Assembly (NCBI RefSeq): GCF_018350175.1
Contig: NC_058368.1
Coordinates: forward strand, 72,294,001 to 72,358,000
Reading direction: 5' to 3'
Length of the DNA: 64,000 bases
DNA from: Felis catus
Taxonomy: Eukaryota
Part shown: one piece after another, positions 40,480-55,564 of the stretch
Layout: the number at the start of each line of letters is the position of its first letter
Position numbering within the stretch: the first letter of the stretch is position 1
Made by a program: the position numbers and the translations under genes
Notes under the pieces: generated by a model
Databases searched by the model: none
Seen by the model: the letters and a program-made list of their open reading frames with translations, nothing else
What the model was told of the DNA's origin: nothing

Positions 40480-43400
40480 TAAGATCATAATGGTAGTTCT
40501 TTGAATCTCCCAAATTTCCTAAGAAATGAAAGCAAGTAAGATAGCATAGAAAAAAATATTCATGGACATAATCTTGAATAAAGCTATGTGACAATGCATT
40601 CCAAAATAAAGACCAAAACTATTGACAGTATCAACACCTACTCAAGATCGCAGCTTGGGGAGGCTATAGAAGGAAAGCATGCAGGGAAGTTATGGCTGAT
40701 CCAAGAATTTCATACTGAAACTACTAACAAATACTAGTGAAATACTCAGGGAAAGCCTCACTAAGTGAATCTGGGAATACATAGCAAAATTCCTAGAAAT
40801 GTAAATAGAGCACTCTACAAATTGGAGGTGAATATAACATAAAAGAACAAAACAAAAGTAAGTAATAAAAACAAAGTGCCCACCAAAGGGTTGCAGAAAG
40901 ATCAGAGGTAACAGAATATCCTAATCTCCCAAATGTACCTAATAAAAACTCCTTACAGGGAGACCAGAGACCCAAGCTAAATAAAATCTCCTGGAGTAGA
41001 ATCCAAAGTGGGTAGGGCAGGGACACGAGGGACAAAAGATAGGAAGGATTAGACAAGAGGACCAGCAGTTCAGAGGAGGTAGAGATATGACCTGGGATGG
41101 TCACCACACAGAGAAGCTATATATTTTCTACTTCATGGTAACAACGGGGTAGGGAATCCTCAACCTGATAACGTATGGAAGCTACTCTACCCATCTCACA
41201 AGAGTAACAACAACAAAGATAATAGAACAAAAGGATTATGACCAAGTCCTTATGAATATATTATAATCATATATTAGATTATATAATACTACATATATGA
41301 TCATAGTCCTTATAAATATTTAAAATGATGTATGTTTTACATATAAATATGTAAAATAATGTATAAAATATAAGAAACACAAAAAATAAACATATGAAAC
41401 AGATAAAAACTCCAGTAGTATATAACAAAATGATCAAAAGAAATTAAGAAAAATAAATGCTGCAAAAGCACCACAAAACTGGAAACAGGAAGTACAGAAA
41501 TGGTGTCTAAATAATAGGACACTATGAAAAAAAAGACAGGAAAGTGTTCAGGAAATAATTAGAATTAGAAAGAAATGGAAAAAAATTTTAGAAAGAGAAG
41601 TAAACTTGAAGGAGCACAAGATGGGGAGTACAGTAAAGGAAACAGAATTAAAAAAAAAGATAAAAATGAAACAAATGAAACAAAACACATGGAAAGAAAA
41701 TGATGGAAATAAATGACCAAAACGTGATCCTGGAGTAATTAGAATACAAAAGAAATCCTGAAGAACAACAAGACAGGATGGAATAAAATAAATATCATGT
41801 GATATACCTATATCCATAATAGTCAACAAAAGATGTATTCTCATAGAGCTACTGGCTTTACTAAAAAAGGAAAGACTCTCAGTATTCAAAAGAAAAGATC
41901 ACACAGAAGGAAAAAGCAGTCTCATAGTCACATTTATACCAGAGGCAATCAAGTACCATATTTAAAAATCTCAAGAAATGACAACGTAAAACATCTTCAA
42001 AAATCTAGGAATAGACCAAAAAAGTAAACCAAAAAAGCAAAAAATAAATTAATTAATTAATAAATAAAGGCAAAAGTAAAAATTGAGTTAGAATGATTAA
42101 GCTAATTCTAAGTAAACCAATTGGCTAATCTAAAACAAAATGAAACAAAACAAAACAAACAATACTAGCCAATATAACCTAAAGAAACTCTAACAAAAGA
42201 TTCAAAATTCAGAGAAAGTACTAGTCAAAGAGGGAAAATTAAAATTATTTAAACAATCTTATGTTAACAAATTAAACTAAATAGTGGATAATTTCCTAAA
42301 AGAGTAACTTCACCAAACAGACCCCGATAGACCACACAAGTCTAGACAGAACAATTTCCATAGATGAAACAGAAATAGAAAGGAGCTCCACCAAAAAAAA
42401 AAAAAAACCACTAGGACCAGATGGTTTCATAGGAGATTTGTACCAAACTCATGAAGTTAAAACAATTTCAAGATAGAGAATAGGAGTGCATGTGCACCCC
42501 TCCCCCCACACATGGAAAATCTAATATCAAATCCTGACAAAGATCAGACAAAATTAAAAGAAGGAAAATAATAGCAAGTATAATAAATTGCACATTAAAC
42601 CGGAATTAAACTGTGCCATGACCCCACTCAGGTTTTTCCAGGAATGTAAGGATGGCTCAATACTAGGAAATCTACCCTATTACAAGAGCTAAAGAGAAAA
42701 ATAATCATTCAACAAAATTTAAAAGCTATTCATGATACAACAGTCAAAAACTGTAATTGATGTTTATTCACCTAATCTGATAAGATATACATACTTCAAA
42801 CTCCAATCCTTCTAATTATTTAATGAGGAAACATTAGAGATGTTCTAAAGAAGCCAGGGGTTAAGCAACTACGTTCACCACCTCTAATACTTTTTAAAAT
42901 TGAGCTGACTCAATTAAGTAAGCGAAAGCAATTAGAAGCATATGCATTGGAAATAAAAAGACAAAACTGTCTTTATTTTTATAGGATTTGATGATATGGA
43001 AATGCCAAAAGAAATAATGGAAAAGCAGAATTCAGTAAATTTAGTAAAGTAGCAGGAAATAATATTAACATATAAAATAACAGCCTTCATTTAAAAGAAC
43101 AATAGCAAGTTGCAACAGCTAATAGAAGATAAGACCCCATACTGATAGGAAAAAGATGAAATAACACACCGAAGCATAAATATAACAAAAAATGTGCAAA
43201 ACGTATATAAGGAGAAGTATAAAACACTCCTGTAAGACACAAGGGCAGACTTGGTAGAATGGAAAGACAGCACGTGATTTGGGATAGGAAGAAATGTGTG
43301 TGGCTTGAAAAACCATGAGCAAAGATAATGATAACTGGGGACAAGTAAATACAATTTACATCACAAAGGGCTAATATTCCTAACACAATGAGTACGAAAA

Positions 43401-44180
43401 TTTGAATGAAAAATAATCACAACTTGAAAATGGCCTTTGCATACAATCAGACTCAACCTCACTCTCAAAACGGAAATGCAAATTAAAACTACACTGCGTT
43501 TCCATATCTCACCCATCAGATTGGCAAATATCCATAAGTTTTACAAAATACTTTGTGATGACCACTCGGGGAAAGAGGCGCCCATGTACATCGTTGCCTA
43601 CAAAGTCAAAATGGTTCTGGGAATATGGAATATAGAGAAACTAATAATGGAACCACTAGGAAGCAATTCACCATTTATCTAGAATGTAGAACTTTCTACA
43701 GAAGACTCATTTTCCCAATGGATCCATGATATGAAAAAAAATTTCTTTTTGCAAGGTTTGTGGAGTTGAGAACTAATGGGCTTAAAGAGACTTAAATGAG
43801 ATTTAAAAATATAACAAATATCCCTTGTGGAGCCTGTGTGAGACCTGATTCAAAGAAGCCATCTTATTATAAAAGGAAATAATTTAGACAATTGGGAAAA
43901 ATATGAATATGAAATGGTACTGGCCTACATTAATAAATTATTGTTAATTCTGCTAGATGCAATAATAGCACAATGGTAATGGTTTAAACATTTTATCAGC
44001 AATGCATATGGAGTTACATCTGAAATGACCTGATTTCTCAGATTTGCTTTAAAATGAATAGAGTCTGGCAAATATTGATAATTGTTGATATTGAGTTCTA
44101 GGGATTCACTACAACTCTAATCTTCACTTTTGTGTGAACTTAAAATTTTCCATAAGAAAAAGATTTTCAAAAAGTTAAAA
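40480..44180 (+). mobile_element. Long, heavily decayed ancient L1 (L1ME/MC-like) with internal deletions, antisense to NALCN
   Basis: A-rich plus strand. Remnants of ORF2 motifs GPDGF-GEFYQT (about 42415), PGMQGWFNIRKS (about 42640) and FSKVAG (about 43040); L1M 3'UTR signature ending AAAATTTTCCATAA. The 5' boundary is approximate. Confidence 0.75.
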
Positions 44181-45075
44181 ATGAAAAGAGTAATGCATTG
44201 ACTGTGATCCCTCTCTTTTAGGACAACGCACAATGAATTATGTACAAAGAGAAGCAGTGACCTGTAACTTCATCTCATTAGATTCTTAAAATCCTTGTAC
44301 AAAATAAGGCCCTTTTCTACCAAAATTATGTAACTGGAGATGCTGGTACAGCCAGTAAAGGAAAGAGCTAAGGTTTGAGTCAAATCTGTCACTCACAGAC
44401 CCTTACTTGTCCATTCTGCAATTTCATCACACCACTGTCTCCCTACATAGCACAATTTCAAATACTTTAGAGACGTCATCTACATAGTTTTATCCTCTGT
44501 GTGAAGGTCAGTGGTATAGAAGGGATATCTTCAGACAGAACTTTCCTTCCTTTGCTTTTTCTTTCTTTTCCTTTTTATTTATTTTTTGTCTCCCAATGGT
44601 GCCAATTGCATGCCACAACGTCCTTTTATTATACTCTTGCTTTCCATCTCATGTCCTTTCTCTTCACCGCTTTATATCTTCAGGACACCTCGGACTAAAG
44701 ACATTCTGAATACCATCACACTGTGACTTCATCATGTAACATTTATTCTGCATCCTGTAAATCCACAGGAACCACACGTGGGCTGGTCACTGCATCAGGC
44801 CACAGGTTCACCTATATGTGGCAGAATCAACCCTACTCTGGCCATGAAGCCAGTAGTCAGACCATCTAGCTCCTTCCTGGATAACCCAAGGCTTTGCATC
44901 TTACACAATTTATTTCACTTTTTAAATATTCTTAGGCATCATATTTTCACCAACCCCTGGAGTTATGCCCAATTTTTAAAAACTTCAGTATGGATAAAGA
45001 GATGTTTTTATTTTACTGAGAGACGAAAAGGAAAATATTATTAAACTACTTCAGATTCTCCATGCATTTTGGTTA

Positions 45076-45312
<237 letters not shown>

Positions 45313-46580
45313 CTATCTTCAACTTGTGCTCTGAGCCACACTATTTGGAAACCACGATACTGAGATTAAAATATTTCACCAGCATGGTGAAGACAAAGAA
45401 GGAAACTAATGTCTGTTAAGTACATACAATGTGCTAAATATTTTCACATACTTTACATCATTTAATGCTGAAAGCAGCCTCCGGTCCACATGAACACACT
45501 AGGACTGAAAGTTTAAGAGACTCTTCCGTGGTCATGTAGTTCAGCCTTTAACGAAGCAGGAGGATTTGACTCATCAGAGGCTGGGAAAGGCCTCGGGGCA
45601 GGGAAACCATGTGAACTGGCCGGATATCTTGGAGGAACAGGAAGACAATGATGAGGCTCAAGTGGACAGTGTGCACATCCAGGAAGGAACAGTTGCTGGG
45701 CTCTTAGAGCCAGAATATAAAGAGTCTTCAATGTAACACTAATGCGTTTTAATTTGCAATGCAGGTAATAGGGATGTTTCAATGACTGTAAGGCAAAAGG
45801 GCAATGTGAACAGAAATGGAAATGTAGGGAGAAATCTGAGCATGTCAGACACGTAGTCTGGAGGGCAGCTTAGACGAAGAAGACCAGAAAGCGGGGGGAG
45901 ACAGGGCAGATGATATTTACCCAGGTCGGGGGAAAGACAATCACTGCAAGTGTAACAGTTCATGCCTTCCTTCTGCCTCTGCTGTGAGTTCACTAATACA
46001 GTGGAGCTTACTCTGTGTGGTAGAGATGAGCTTTGAAGACCCGGGAACATGCCACTCTACCTTCTGGCTGCTACGCTATCTAGTCCAGTGACATTGTACC
46101 AAATGTTCCCCTCAAGTTTTCATCACCTTAATTAGGCAAAAAAGGTGACAAAATTCTTCAGAGGCACTATGCACTATCTCATTAACCTTTACTTCTACTC
46201 AAAACTTGTAACTCAGAAGACAACTTTTAATTCCAAACATTTGATTATCCCCTCACAGATTCATGCACACTGAGAACCATGAGTAAAGGGAGTCTGATAG
46301 AACAGATTACTCATCTGGGGCTCCGGCTTTGGATCAGACTGAGAAGTGGCGTTATCGCTACGCTGAGGACAGCATGACGGAGCGGGGAGAGGCGGGAGCA
46401 GACCACCCAGAAGACCTTCCTATGTGAATAACTCGCAGCGGCACCTCTTTATTCCGTCTGAATTGTTCTCAACTTCCAGACTCTGAGACTCATCCATATT
46501 CTACTACAGCTCAAACAGTCATTTCAAAGCCAAAGGTACATGATTTTTGAATTATATGAATCAAATTTCCTTTTCAATCA

Positions 46581-46781
<201 letters not shown>

Positions 46782-47671
46782 TTATGTTAGTCACCTAAAC
46801 CATCTTGACCGCGATCACTTCCAAAGCAGAGTCCCCCGTGTAATCATATGCATACATTAATTATACACAGGATCGATTATATTGTGTTTGATAAGCACAT
46901 GCAAAAAGAAAAAGAGATTTTAAAAGCATGAGATAAAACATCAATCCAAATTTGAATTTTTTCTTCTCTCTCAACACCACAGATCATCCTGTGCACTTCA
47001 TAAACAATTTGCATGCCAGTTTAGAGAGCACTAGTCTAGGTGAACTGGGGTAGATTAGTTTTGCCCTTTAGGACACACGCATTACTAGGAACTTTTTTGA
47101 GGTCTATGTTCATATATCCAGAGCTGTCCCCACTTAAAGGCGGTCTGTGCTAGAGCACAGGTGACCAATCCAGATGAAATATTCAGATCTTTGGCAGGAT
47201 TTCCCCCCAGGTTAATTGAATGTGACATTCACAAACATCTATCTCCAATGGTAGTTCCAAACTGAGTTCCCAGCTGTCCTTGACCCAGAGGATGTGGGGC
47301 AGAGAGACTTGGGCAGAACCTACTCTAATTTTTTCTGTCTTTTACGAAGACTGTGACTGCATCAATCCTTCCAGTTATCTTGAAGTAAATCCAAATCACA
47401 CTGAAGACTGAGAGGAGATGCCCGCTTGCCTCTTCAATCGCCACAGTTCCAAGGTATCCACATCTTGCTATATGTGTCACCTCCTTCTAGCCATTGGCTA
47501 TCACTTTCTACAGTCCAGCAGCCATTGAAGGAGGGCCTATTCTATGCCAGGCCCTCAGGACACGAACAGCAAACAAGTACAATATAATCTGAGAAGAGAC
47601 ACAAAGGCAGGCGGTGCCTGGTTACCCTGAGTCCACAGACTTCTCATTTGATTAACACCTAGACTGAATCC

Positions 47672-47694
47672 TTTTTTTTTTTTTTAAGTTTATT

Positions 47695-47743
<49 letters not shown>

Positions 47744-47896
47744 TGGGGAGGGGCAGAGAGAGAGGAAGACCGAGGATCCGAAGCAGGCTCCGTACTGCCA
47801 GCAGAGAGCCCTCCATGGGGCTCAAACTCACCAACTGTGAGAGCATGACCTGAGCCGAAGTTGTATGCTTAACCCACTGAGCCACCCAGGCGTCCC
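47672..47896 (-). mobile_element. Can-SINE with long (GA)n
   Basis: TSD AACACCT(A/G)GACTGA(A/G)TC at 47654-47670 and 47897-47913. Confidence 0.94.
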
Positions 47897-49762
47897 AACA
47901 CCTGGACTGAGTCTTAAAGGAAGAGGCAAAGCTAACATTTTTTGGATATATACTATGTTTTGCACACTTAGCAATAATCTTTTACTTCATCTTTACAACT
48001 GACAATAGAAAGGAAGCATTTGTTTCTTCATGCAAGCATGAGATATGCCAGCCTCAGGGCGGTTAATAACTTGACTGAGGCCCCATCCAAGCAAATTTGA
48101 AATGTAAAAGATGTTCGTCTGACTACAAAGCCTAAGTGCTTGCCGTGGTCCGAACTGATGCTGAGGACTGATCAGGATTTTGAAAGGCAGGTAAGAGAGG
48201 GAAAAGGTCCAGGCGGCGAACAGCCATGGAAATGTCGAGTCAGGAAAACACAGTAGTTTTAACACCAGGAAGGGGCACTGGCTCTCCTATCTGCTAGATG
48301 ACGAACTCTAACTAAAGGGACAACGAGGGCCACTCAATTCTCGGGGGAGCATGAGAATAATAAGAAATGTGTCTGCAGTCTCTGCAAATATATGCCATGG
48401 CGATTTTCATTGGGAAAGAGAACAAACCACAGCAGCTCAGGACAAATCAGCTTTGACTTTGATTCTCTGTGTCTGGGTACCTCCTTCTATGCCCATGCTC
48501 TCCTGGATGCACCAGGTAGGTGTGTCTGCCCAGCCCTTGGATTCCCAGAAGAAATCCAGCTAATTGGCTTTAAGATGTGCTAGGTATTTCCAGGCTGTCT
48601 TGCCCTGAATATTGGATTTGAATATGGGCTTTGCAGTAGGCTGCACTAATTAATTTTATTTTACATAATTGGAGTTAGGGACTCTTGACATCGATATGTA
48701 AATATATGCAGAATATTCAAATTATGCTTGCTCTCTGATTTACTATGGAGGCAAACATCTGGTGGCCTCAATTTGGGATGCTTCTTGAATGACAGGCTCC
48801 TATGTACCCAAAAACAGGATACTGAATCTTTAAGAAATCCTTCAAGATTACACAACACAAAGGAAATAAAGAGTGGTTTTACAAAGTTGTTTGAAGACGA
48901 TACAAGAACATTTTATAGACCTAGCCACTAATCATAATACCTTTTTCACTGAGTCAGTGGAGATTTATGAATGGCCATTTATTGCTCTTATGATCTGACC
49001 ATAAGTTACAGTCTGAAAAACTTTTGATGTATAAATGTGATACCTTCGCATATGAATTTCATGCACCTTTTATTATAAATATCCCATCTGAAGCAAAGCC
49101 GATTTTTTCATTATGGGTTTCTTTTTCTAAAGAACTAGACATCCAAGATTATTTATTTTTTAATCTCTATGCTGGTTACATTTGGCCCATCAAAACCGTG
49201 CACCTATAATGAATGATATTAGTTGTCATACACTTTGTCCCAAACTTTACCTACTGCAAAAATGCCACCAAATTGAATAGGGCCCAAGAAAACCATCTGT
49301 TCAAACTCTCATAGAACCTGGTTAATCCACAAATACATTTAGAACTCAACAACTAGCTCCTGCATCACTGAGGTTTTGGCTAAGTTAACAATATTAAATA
49401 TTAGGTAAAGCACGCAAGTAGTAAAACGAATTAACGTTACAAACATGTGAAGAGTCCAAAATTAATTTGAGGCAATTGATTATAAAAACTTTTGTTTCTG
49501 CACAGCAATTACGATTTTACACATTCATTCATGCTGAAACAATATAACCAAGTACAGCAAACCCATTACTCCACGATAAAGACCAGCAGGTATGTTTAAG
49601 TATCCAAGGTAAGCTGATTATTTTGATAGGAAATCGTTTCTGTGTATCTTAGCCTTATCACTATTATGTATTTATAATGCTTTTTTTTTTTCTGTTTAAA
49701 GAAGTGTCCTTCATAAGGACACTGGTAGCTGTTCCGCCCTTATTAAAAGTGGTTGGTATTTA

Positions 49763-49984
49763 GGGGCGCCTGGGTGGCGCAGTCGGTTAAACGTCCGACT
49801 TCAGCCAGGTCACGATCTCGAGGTCCGTGAGTTCGAGCCCTAGGTCGGGCTCTGGGCTGATGGCTCGGAGCCTGGAGCCTGTTTCCGATTCTGTGTCTCC
49901 CTCTCTCTCTGCCCCTCCCCCGTTCATGCTCTGTCTCTCTCTGTCCCAAAAATAAATAAACGTTGAAAAAAAAAATTAAAAAAA
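49763..49984 (+). mobile_element. Young SINEC_Fc
   Basis: Perfect 18-bp TSD AAAAGTGGTTGGTATTTA at 49745-49762 and 49985-50002; CpG-rich. Confidence 0.97.
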
Positions 49985-51372
49985 AAAAGTGGTTGGTATT
50001 TAAATAGTTCAATAGCAGGAGAAGGCTGCACAGTTACAATATGTTCGTTGATAAATCTTTCATTCGGAAACAACTAACAGCAATTCAGGGAGAAAACCTA
50101 TTTGGGTTCATTGCTCTCTTTTAAATGGTTAAAATCCAGTTTTGTATTCTGTAATATGAACATTATACTTTTACTGGCATACACTTTGCTTAGGACATTG
50201 CAGCTCTCTCTTGACCAAACTGCAATTGATATATCCAGTTTTCTTTTAACTGCAAAGTGCTTGCAACACTATGGTTCAATTCTTCTCCTTGTAACTCTCT
50301 TGGGCTTGCATTAAACTCTTTTGAATCTTCCATATTCTAAATGACGGTTTACAGTATGTCCTTCACCTGTCATCCCCTGTGTCTGTCCTCTGTACTTAAC
50401 CCCTTAAATGAGCATCTGTTCTTAGAGTTTCCATCACCATCTGTTGGTGTCTGGATCCTGAGTCCTGGATCTACTCCGCTGCTTTGCAGGCCAGACACAG
50501 GCCATACCAACACCGTCACCACTTAAAAATCACCGGGACAGGTCCATACCAGTCCCACATGCTCGTGCTTCACTCTTTTCTTCTCAATTCCCAGATCTTC
50601 CTACTCCAAGCTCTTCGGGTCCTCGTATGTGCAGAAGGACTACACAGATTCTCCGTCCTGGTGCACATGGCCTCCTTCACATTTGCCCCATTGCTAGAGT
50701 CCTTGCTTGGCCGTGGGCTTCAGGTCTGGACTACCACCAACATCAGCTTTTCAGCCTTTCTATTATGTCCCGTTCTTTATAATAGAAACCAACTTCCCAA
50801 CACACTTAACGGTCTCTCCTGTAACCCAGAAAACCTCAGCCTATCCCCTTATTTCTCATTCATCCATCCATTCATTCACTCATTCACACAGAAAAGACTG
50901 CACATTCACCATGATATCAGGCACTGTGACTCATGCAGGGAACAGCAAAGGCATTCAGAGCTTACGGACTGCCTGCCTTAACGAACTGTAGGCTGTAAGG
51001 ACGCTTAGTTCCACTGAGCTTTACTTGCACTTCCGGTCATGCTCACATCCACAGGCTCCACTTGAATTGGCCAAGCGTCTCATCACTCCCATCCCCATCC
51101 TCCAACCTCCAATCTTTCTCAGTGATCTCAGCTCCTTTGTTCCAGCTGGGGTCTCTTAGTGATCTGTTGTCAATCCCACATCAATCCTTCGTATTCCCTA
51201 ACTCAACTCATGCAGGGTTTTTAAAAGGAAATGAAGAAAATAAAATGTTCAATGATATCTCTCAGACTTCTTACCCCACGCTTTAGTGTTATGTCTTTGG
51301 AAAATCAGCCTTCATTGCTAGCAGAAGCTTCTCATTCGTTCATGCTTGCATATATTTAAAAAAAATTATCCA

Positions 51373-51531
51373 GGAGTGCCTGGGTGGCTCAGTCGGTTAA
51401 GTGTCCAACTTTGGCTCAGGTCATGATCTCCTGGTTCATGAGTTCAAGCCCTGCATCGGGCTCTGTGCAGACAGCTCAGAGCCTAGAGCCTGCTTTGGAT
51501 TCTGGGTCTCCCTCTCTCTCTGTCCCTCCCC

Positions 51532-51576
<45 letters not shown>

Positions 51577-51600
51577 AAAAATAAATAAACATTAAAAATT
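51373..51600 (+). mobile_element. Can-SINE
   Basis: Head, long (CT)n, AAATAAATAAAC tail. Confidence 0.94.
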
Positions 51601-52903
51601 TTTTTATCCCAACCATTGTGTTAGGTGATGTGAATTTAGCACTAACAAAGCACACTTGGTCTCTTTCCTCCTAGAATCCCAATGCCCCGTGCTCCTGACA
51701 CAGGCGACACGTTTAATTAAAGGAGAGCATGTCACCAGTGCATACTGATTCTTCAACCTCCACCTAATGATACTCTTATGTTTTCACTACCTTATTGCTG
51801 GCTCCACACTACCTCCCTGGGCAAGGGATATTTGTTGAACAGTTGATTCCCAACATGCACCTGGATCTGTGCTAACGAGATTCAGTTGACAAGTCAGGAC
51901 ATCTGACTACTGGTCCCTGCCTAGACCTCACATACCTACATCTTAAGTTAAAGGAAAAGAAACACATTTTATTTTTATTCTACTTTCATTACACAAACAA
52001 TGCAGCCTTGTTGCAGGATAATTAGAAAAAATACAAACAAAATGAGAGACAAAGTGAAAACCATCAGGAATTGCACTCAATTGTTTTTGCAAAGTAGCTG
52101 CTGAGTGGACACATTGTGCCAGCCCCTGGGCAAAACAGAGCAATAGTCAAATACACTCCCTCTCCTCATGACACTTCTTTTAGCTGGGACACTTACTCTC
52201 CAATGGCATATGGATTGTATCTCTGCTGTTTTCTTTTCCATATATATTTTCCCATGCATGTATTTTTTTAAATGGCTGCTTAAACACTGCCTTGTAACCA
52301 GCTGTGTTTTTTTCATTTGCAGTATCTTGTGAACATCTTTCTCTGTCAATAAATATGCATGCACAGAAAATCCTAACTGTAAATAAACACCACCTTCAAA
52401 CATCTGCCTTTCCATGTCTCTCTTGTCTCCTAACCTCATTTACATCCTCATATGTGCGAGCCCCTGCCAGGTAAACAGGTAAAAGCACATCTTTCTCGAT
52501 TAAGTATCAGTGTAGGTGAGAAAGGTATCAACACGTATTTTGGGAGACAACTTAATTTGGTGTTATCAATTTTTTTAAGCAATACAATCTTAATTCTTAA
52601 TTCAAGTATTCCTATTTCTCCTTCTTTTTTTGGTGTTGTTATTTTTTTTAAATGGCCACAGAACCCAAAACAACCACTGATATCCGTATTTGAACAAGTT
52701 TGCTGCATCTTTCCATATGCACATTTAAATCTTCCATTGTACTTCAGCACATCACAATAACAGTTTGAAGACAAAGGTGATGTTTATTCCTGATGCTGGA
52801 ACTGTCAAACGTCATTGTCTTTGTAAAGTCAGACTGCCCATCTTGGCTGGCCAAATTTCTTTCCCAATAGACGATATGTCCATTCAGAACAAATGAATAT
52901 ATT

Positions 52904-53103
52904 GGGGCGCCCGGTTCGCGCAGTTAGTTAAGTGCCCAACTCCATCTCAGCTCAGGTCTCTGAGTTTGAGTCCTGAATGGGGCTCTGTGCTGATGGTGCA
53001 GAGCCTGCTTGGGATTCTGTCTCTCCTTCTCTCTGCCCCTCCCCTGCTTGTGGGCAGGCGCGCACGCTCGCTCTCTCAAATAATAAATAAACTTAAAAAA
53101 AAA
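52904..53103 (+). mobile_element. Can-SINE, internally deleted
   Basis: TSD AGAACAAATGAATA on both sides. Confidence 0.9.
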
Positions 53104-53606
53104 AGAACAAATGAATACAGCATCACATATTTTATGTCTTCCTTGTAAATTAGGGGGGAAACCCCACTATTTTTGTCTATTACCTGTGATCCAAAATCTT
53201 TCTGCCCTGCCTCATGCTCCCCTGCCCCCTCATCCTTCCTCCTATTTCCAGGATACTGTGGAGCCTCAGAGCTCTTGATAACTGCACCTCCTCTTCAGCT
53301 GACGGTCCTCTTACTCCATCCTGAGTGCCTGACACTCCTTCCTGGTTCTGCAAGCCCAGATCACCTCAGTTCTTTGCTACAGGCACCAGGGACTGGTGTC
53401 CTGTGCTGTCTCAGAAACGCACAGCTGCTTCCGTGAGCTCACTTCCTGCAGCCTCTACAGCCTGGCACACAGTACTTCCCCACCTGTACTCCACCACTTT
53501 GATCTTAATAATCAAAACTGCTTAAGGAAAAGCATTACAGACAGAATTTGATACGGAGCTGAATATATATTCCCCAGTCTGAGTGCTTTATAAAAAGGGT
53601 AACAAT

Positions 53607-53609
<3 letters not shown>

Positions 53610-53646
<37 letters not shown>
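53610..53646. repeat. (CA)18 microsatellite
   Basis: Direct reading. Confidence 0.96.
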
Positions 53647-53648
<2 letters not shown>

Positions 53649-53951
53649 CTGTAGAAATTCATCAGGAAGCATGATGAATGCTTTGGAAGATAAGGAAGTT
53701 GCCAGGGTAAAACTGTGAGCTCATTAGTTGACTCCCTCTCAAAATCGGTCAACTGCCATGTAAAAACAGACTCTTTCCAACAACATTTACTGAGGCCTTG
53801 TCATGTGTCAGGCTTTGTCCTAAGCATGTCATGTATCATGTCATTCCATTCTTATAAGGACCTTTTCACAGATGAGGGAGTTTAGGCACAGAGATGAGTC
53901 AGGATATGAACCAAGACAATATGGTTTACAGCACTATTAAAATTAACTATG

Positions 53952-54158
53952 GGGGAGCCTGGGTGGATCAGTTGGTTGAGCATACGACATTGGTTCAGGT
54001 TATGATCTCACGGTTTGTGGGTTCGAGCCCCGCAACGGGCTCTGTGCTGATCGCTCAGAACCTGCAGACTGCTTCGGATTCTGTGTCTCCCTCTCTCTCT
54101 GCCCCTCCCCTGCTTGCATGCTGTCTCTCTCTCTCTCCCAAAAATAAACATTAAGAAA
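53952..54158 (+). mobile_element. Can-SINE
   Basis: Perfect TSD ATTAAAATTAACTATG at 53936-53951 and 54159-54174. Confidence 0.95.
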
Positions 54159-55564
54159 ATTAAAATTAACTATGCTACAACTTAGAGTTAATTTAAAAAA
54201 AGCCCTACTTTTCAACATAGTCTAATCAGACAACCTGACTATAAACTCTTGGCATCGATTATTTTTTGTGAAAATAGTGCAGACATTTCTCATTTCTTAA
54301 AATTGAATTTATTTGTTTATATGATTCATTTTGTGGTTATTCCTGCCACATGTTTTTAAAAATGCGTCTTTTTAAAAAAAATTTTTTTCTGGAAAGAAAT
54401 CATCAAATGGCTTATAGAATCTATCTAAATGTCACTTTCCGGTTTCTGAAGTCGTCATTCATTATCCAGTCTTTTTCCTCGAGGGTGAATTCTAGAAATG
54501 TTCTATTATGCTTTTATTACCTTTTCTCTACAATTTTGAAAAAAAAAAAAGGAAAGAAAAGCATTTACTAACTCTCACCTGATAATCTTAACATCTTATA
54601 GTAGAGACGGCCGTCTCAATTTCCTACAGATGACAGATTTCTTAATTTCCCAGAGTCTGTTTTAGTTTCATAAATTCTTGACTGAATATGCAGAGAATGT
54701 GAACTTAGAAAATAGATCCCACTGATGACACCTGGGCAAAAGAGGGTATGCTTTCTGCACAGAATATACCAGGGCAGGAAGAAAGGGTTTATTGAAAGAA
54801 GTCTTTCTGCCATTCTCAAAATCCACAGCTTGGAACATGGTCAAGGTTGTGATTTTATTTTGGAATGGCTGTTCTTCAGTCAAGGAAAATCTGAACTAAA
54901 TGGAAGCCATCAATCAGAGGTTAGCAAGCGGTAGCTGTTTAAAATATCCCAATAATAAATAATGCACTGGGCCATGCCGAGAGGTGGGCCGGCTACCTTC
55001 TGAACATTCTAAGAGAATGACTACACATTGTGGAGTTTGCAGACAGGACTTCTCCATCTACATTTTGCAATCCATTACATCCCAAGAAACTTCCAATGAT
55101 AAAAAATCTATTATCACACTCTTGAAGCTGCTCTTTTTTTTTTTTTTTTTTTTTTTTTTGCATTTTATCAATTCTTATGGTAGGGTGATGGTCCATAAAC
55201 TACTATACATAATTTTAGAAAAGAATAAAGCTTAAGCATTATGTATTCTTTCTCCCCCAACACACACTTGAAAGAGGAAAGCAAACATGTATGGAAAGTT
55301 GGCTCTGTGCCAGGCTCTATGCCAAGGCCTTTACATGTCTCTGAAGTTGTTTTTAGTATTATCCCCATTTTACAGATTACAAGTCTCTTGTCCAAATCCA
55401 CAAGAGTTGGAAACAACTGTAGAATCCAGGAAGTCTGAACTTCAAGAACTTTTGCAAACTTCAAATGTTTTGCAACAGTGATAAAATTCATTTGTGAAAA
55501 TGTCTTTAAAACAAATAAAATATGAAAATAATTAGTTGTGAAGCTTACACAAATGACACCTAAC

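Noticed and set aside
50484..50981. Longest ORF in the window (165 aa, + strand)
   Set aside because: Non-ATG start, no recognisable domain, and it overlaps decayed L2-like sequence.
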